Origin: Stigonema sp.
GTDB taxonomy: Bacteria > Cyanobacteriota > Cyanobacteriia > Cyanobacteriales > Nostocaceae
Direction: 5' to 3'
DNA: 64,000 nucleotides
Assembly: GCA_965249805.1 (NCBI GenBank)
Contig: CBDFMX010000002.1
Location: 1,214,639 to 1,278,638 of the forward strand
Position 1 is the stretch's first letter, and each line of letters begins with the position of its first letter. The translations under genes were made by a program, and so were the position numbers. Positions 62,827-64,000 of this stretch are shown here, in pieces. The notes below the pieces were generated by a model that ran no database searches, was not told the DNA's origin, and worked only from the letters and a program-made list of their open reading frames with translations.

Positions 62827-63224
62827 TCAGTACATCGGTTAGAGCTAAAAGCAAGCGATATGCAAAGCTGTTGAGAATTTCAATTAATTTTGTGTGACGA
62901 TCAGCAACAAATATAATAATGTTACTTAAAGTAACAAAAATTTACATTAACCTAAAACTATAGCTCAATACTGTTGAACTTTAGAGATATTTTCCCTTAT
63001 TCTTTTTTTTTGAACACTAACAACATATCTGATGGTTAATTGATAGCTGCATACGTATTTCATCAAAGTCTAGCACTGTGTTTTAGAGAAATGTGCTTGT
63101 TATTATCTATACTATAGCGATATTTTCGCCGTAGGTCATAATGTTAATGTTGTCCAAGCTTGCATTAGAGATATCCACGATATCGGTCGCGTCTGTGAGG
63201 ATGTTTTTCACTCCATGTTTATTT

Positions 63225-63335
63225 CTCATATCAAATCCGGTTGATTGCACATGGTATTTGTAGGGGGACAGCAGTGCTGTGCCCCTACCGTTTGTGTGTT
63301 CATTTAACGGGATTTGATATCACCCGTATGCCCCA
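63225..63335. repeat. second copy of the tcatatcaaatccggttgattgcac... MITE (see 34035-34150)
   Basis: Near-identical about 100-bp sequence. Confidence 0.75.
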
Positions 63336-63414
63336 GCAGATCTTCTGGCTAGGAACCGGAGCAGTGTGTGCAACCATCAGACGGCATCAACAGCAGCCCC
63401 GATCGCACGTTAAA

Positions 63415-63560
63415 AATTCGTAGTTCGTAATTCGTAATTCGTAATTATTTTTCAGACGGGGATTTAAACCCCGACTGAAAAATGACCACGTATAGACGTG
63501 GGGGTATCAAACCCCTTTTTAATTACGAATTACGAATTAGTAATTACGAATTATGATGAA
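63415..63560. repeat. inverted STRR arrays (AATTCGT x4 ... AATTACG x4) flanking two short hairpins
   Basis: aattcgtagttcgtaattcgtaattcgtaatt + ttttcagacggggatttaaaccccgactgaaaaa + gacgtgggggtatcaaacccc + aattacgaattacgaattagtaattacgaatta. Confidence 0.75.
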
Positions 63561-63735
63561 CTATCTGTAGAAAAAAACTAAAGTTTTAGGCTTTCATCTC
63601 GTTGCTGAATCACGGTATGAATTTACCTCACGCAAAGGCGCAAAGAGAAAGAGTTTTAAAATACCTCATTTTTTCTTTTCATACTTCAATTCAGCAACGC
63701 CAGAAATTGTGATACTAGTGATAGTTGCTTAAGTT

Positions 63736-64000
63736 CGGATGAATTTAGATGTTGAATTGCTTATGCGTCCTCGCCAAGAAATTACGGATATGTTCTCAAC
63801 ATTCCTTCAGTTGGAAAGAGACAGATTTAGCAAATGGTTGACCGCTCCTACACTACATCGAAGTATCAAAAATTGCTTAAAGTATTCACCAGATGTACTT
63901 AACTCAGAAATTTTTTGGGCACTTTACTGGTACAAGCAGTGGCAAACTCAGTCCAATAGACTCGCCATAATGCATTTATCGGCTTATTTACAAGAATCAT
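63736..64000 (+). CDS. hypothetical protein, 5' end (runs off window end)
   Basis: ATG at 63736; the frame is open to the window end (MNLDVELLMRPRQEITDMFSTFLQLERDRFSKWLTAPTLHRSIKNCLKYSPDVLNSEIFWALYWYKQWQTQSNRLAIMHLSAYLQES). No family recognised. Confidence 0.3.

Overview
This 64-kb window is a chromosomal segment from a filamentous, Nostocales-type cyanobacterium. I infer the taxon from the many HIP1 octamers (GCGATCGC, roughly 40 copies), the heptameric STRR arrays (AATTCGT/AATTACG, TTGTTAG/TTGTTAA, AATCAGC), and the cyanobacterial gene content (PSRP-3/Ycf65, DUF4058, DUF1816, pentapeptide-repeat protein, WD40 Ser/Thr kinase). Housekeeping genes present are atpD-atpC (ATP synthase beta/epsilon), a short HPF/RaiA, a PSRP-3 homolog, a SerC-like aminotransferase, a Zn-ADH, an SDR, a GH63 glucosidase, a flotillin and a hybrid sensor kinase. 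The accessory load is heavy. There are three NACHT-type STAND NTPases; two of them are tandem paralogs, and the second carries about twenty near-identical 93-bp HEAT-repeat units. An IS607 element (tnpA plus a zinc-finger-less tnpB) is inserted into a DUF2252 gene. A second, frameshifted TnpB-like gene has a degenerate RuvC-III motif. A solo IS607 tnpA sits beside a degraded AAA-ATPase/PD-(D/E)XK gene. Three type II toxin-antitoxin pairs are present (VapBC-like, BrnTA, ParDE-like), together with an Rpn-family nuclease and an orphan TpsA/filamentous-hemagglutinin-like exoprotein. Intergenic space is packed with MITE-like hairpin repeats in several families, some nested, some flanked by inverted STRR arrays, and there is a 33-bp x 16 tandem array next to a tetR gene. 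Many genes carry single-base frameshifts (TnpB-like, DUF2252 twice, GT1, BrnT, NACHT-1, HEAT array, Usp fragment); these could be real pseudogenisation or assembly error. The most system-like candidate is the NACHT/NACHT-HEAT pair at 35.5-42.3 kb, which resembles bacterial NLR-like (bNACHT) defence proteins and has an uncharacterised shared N-terminal domain. No tRNA, rRNA or CRISPR array could be supported by eye.
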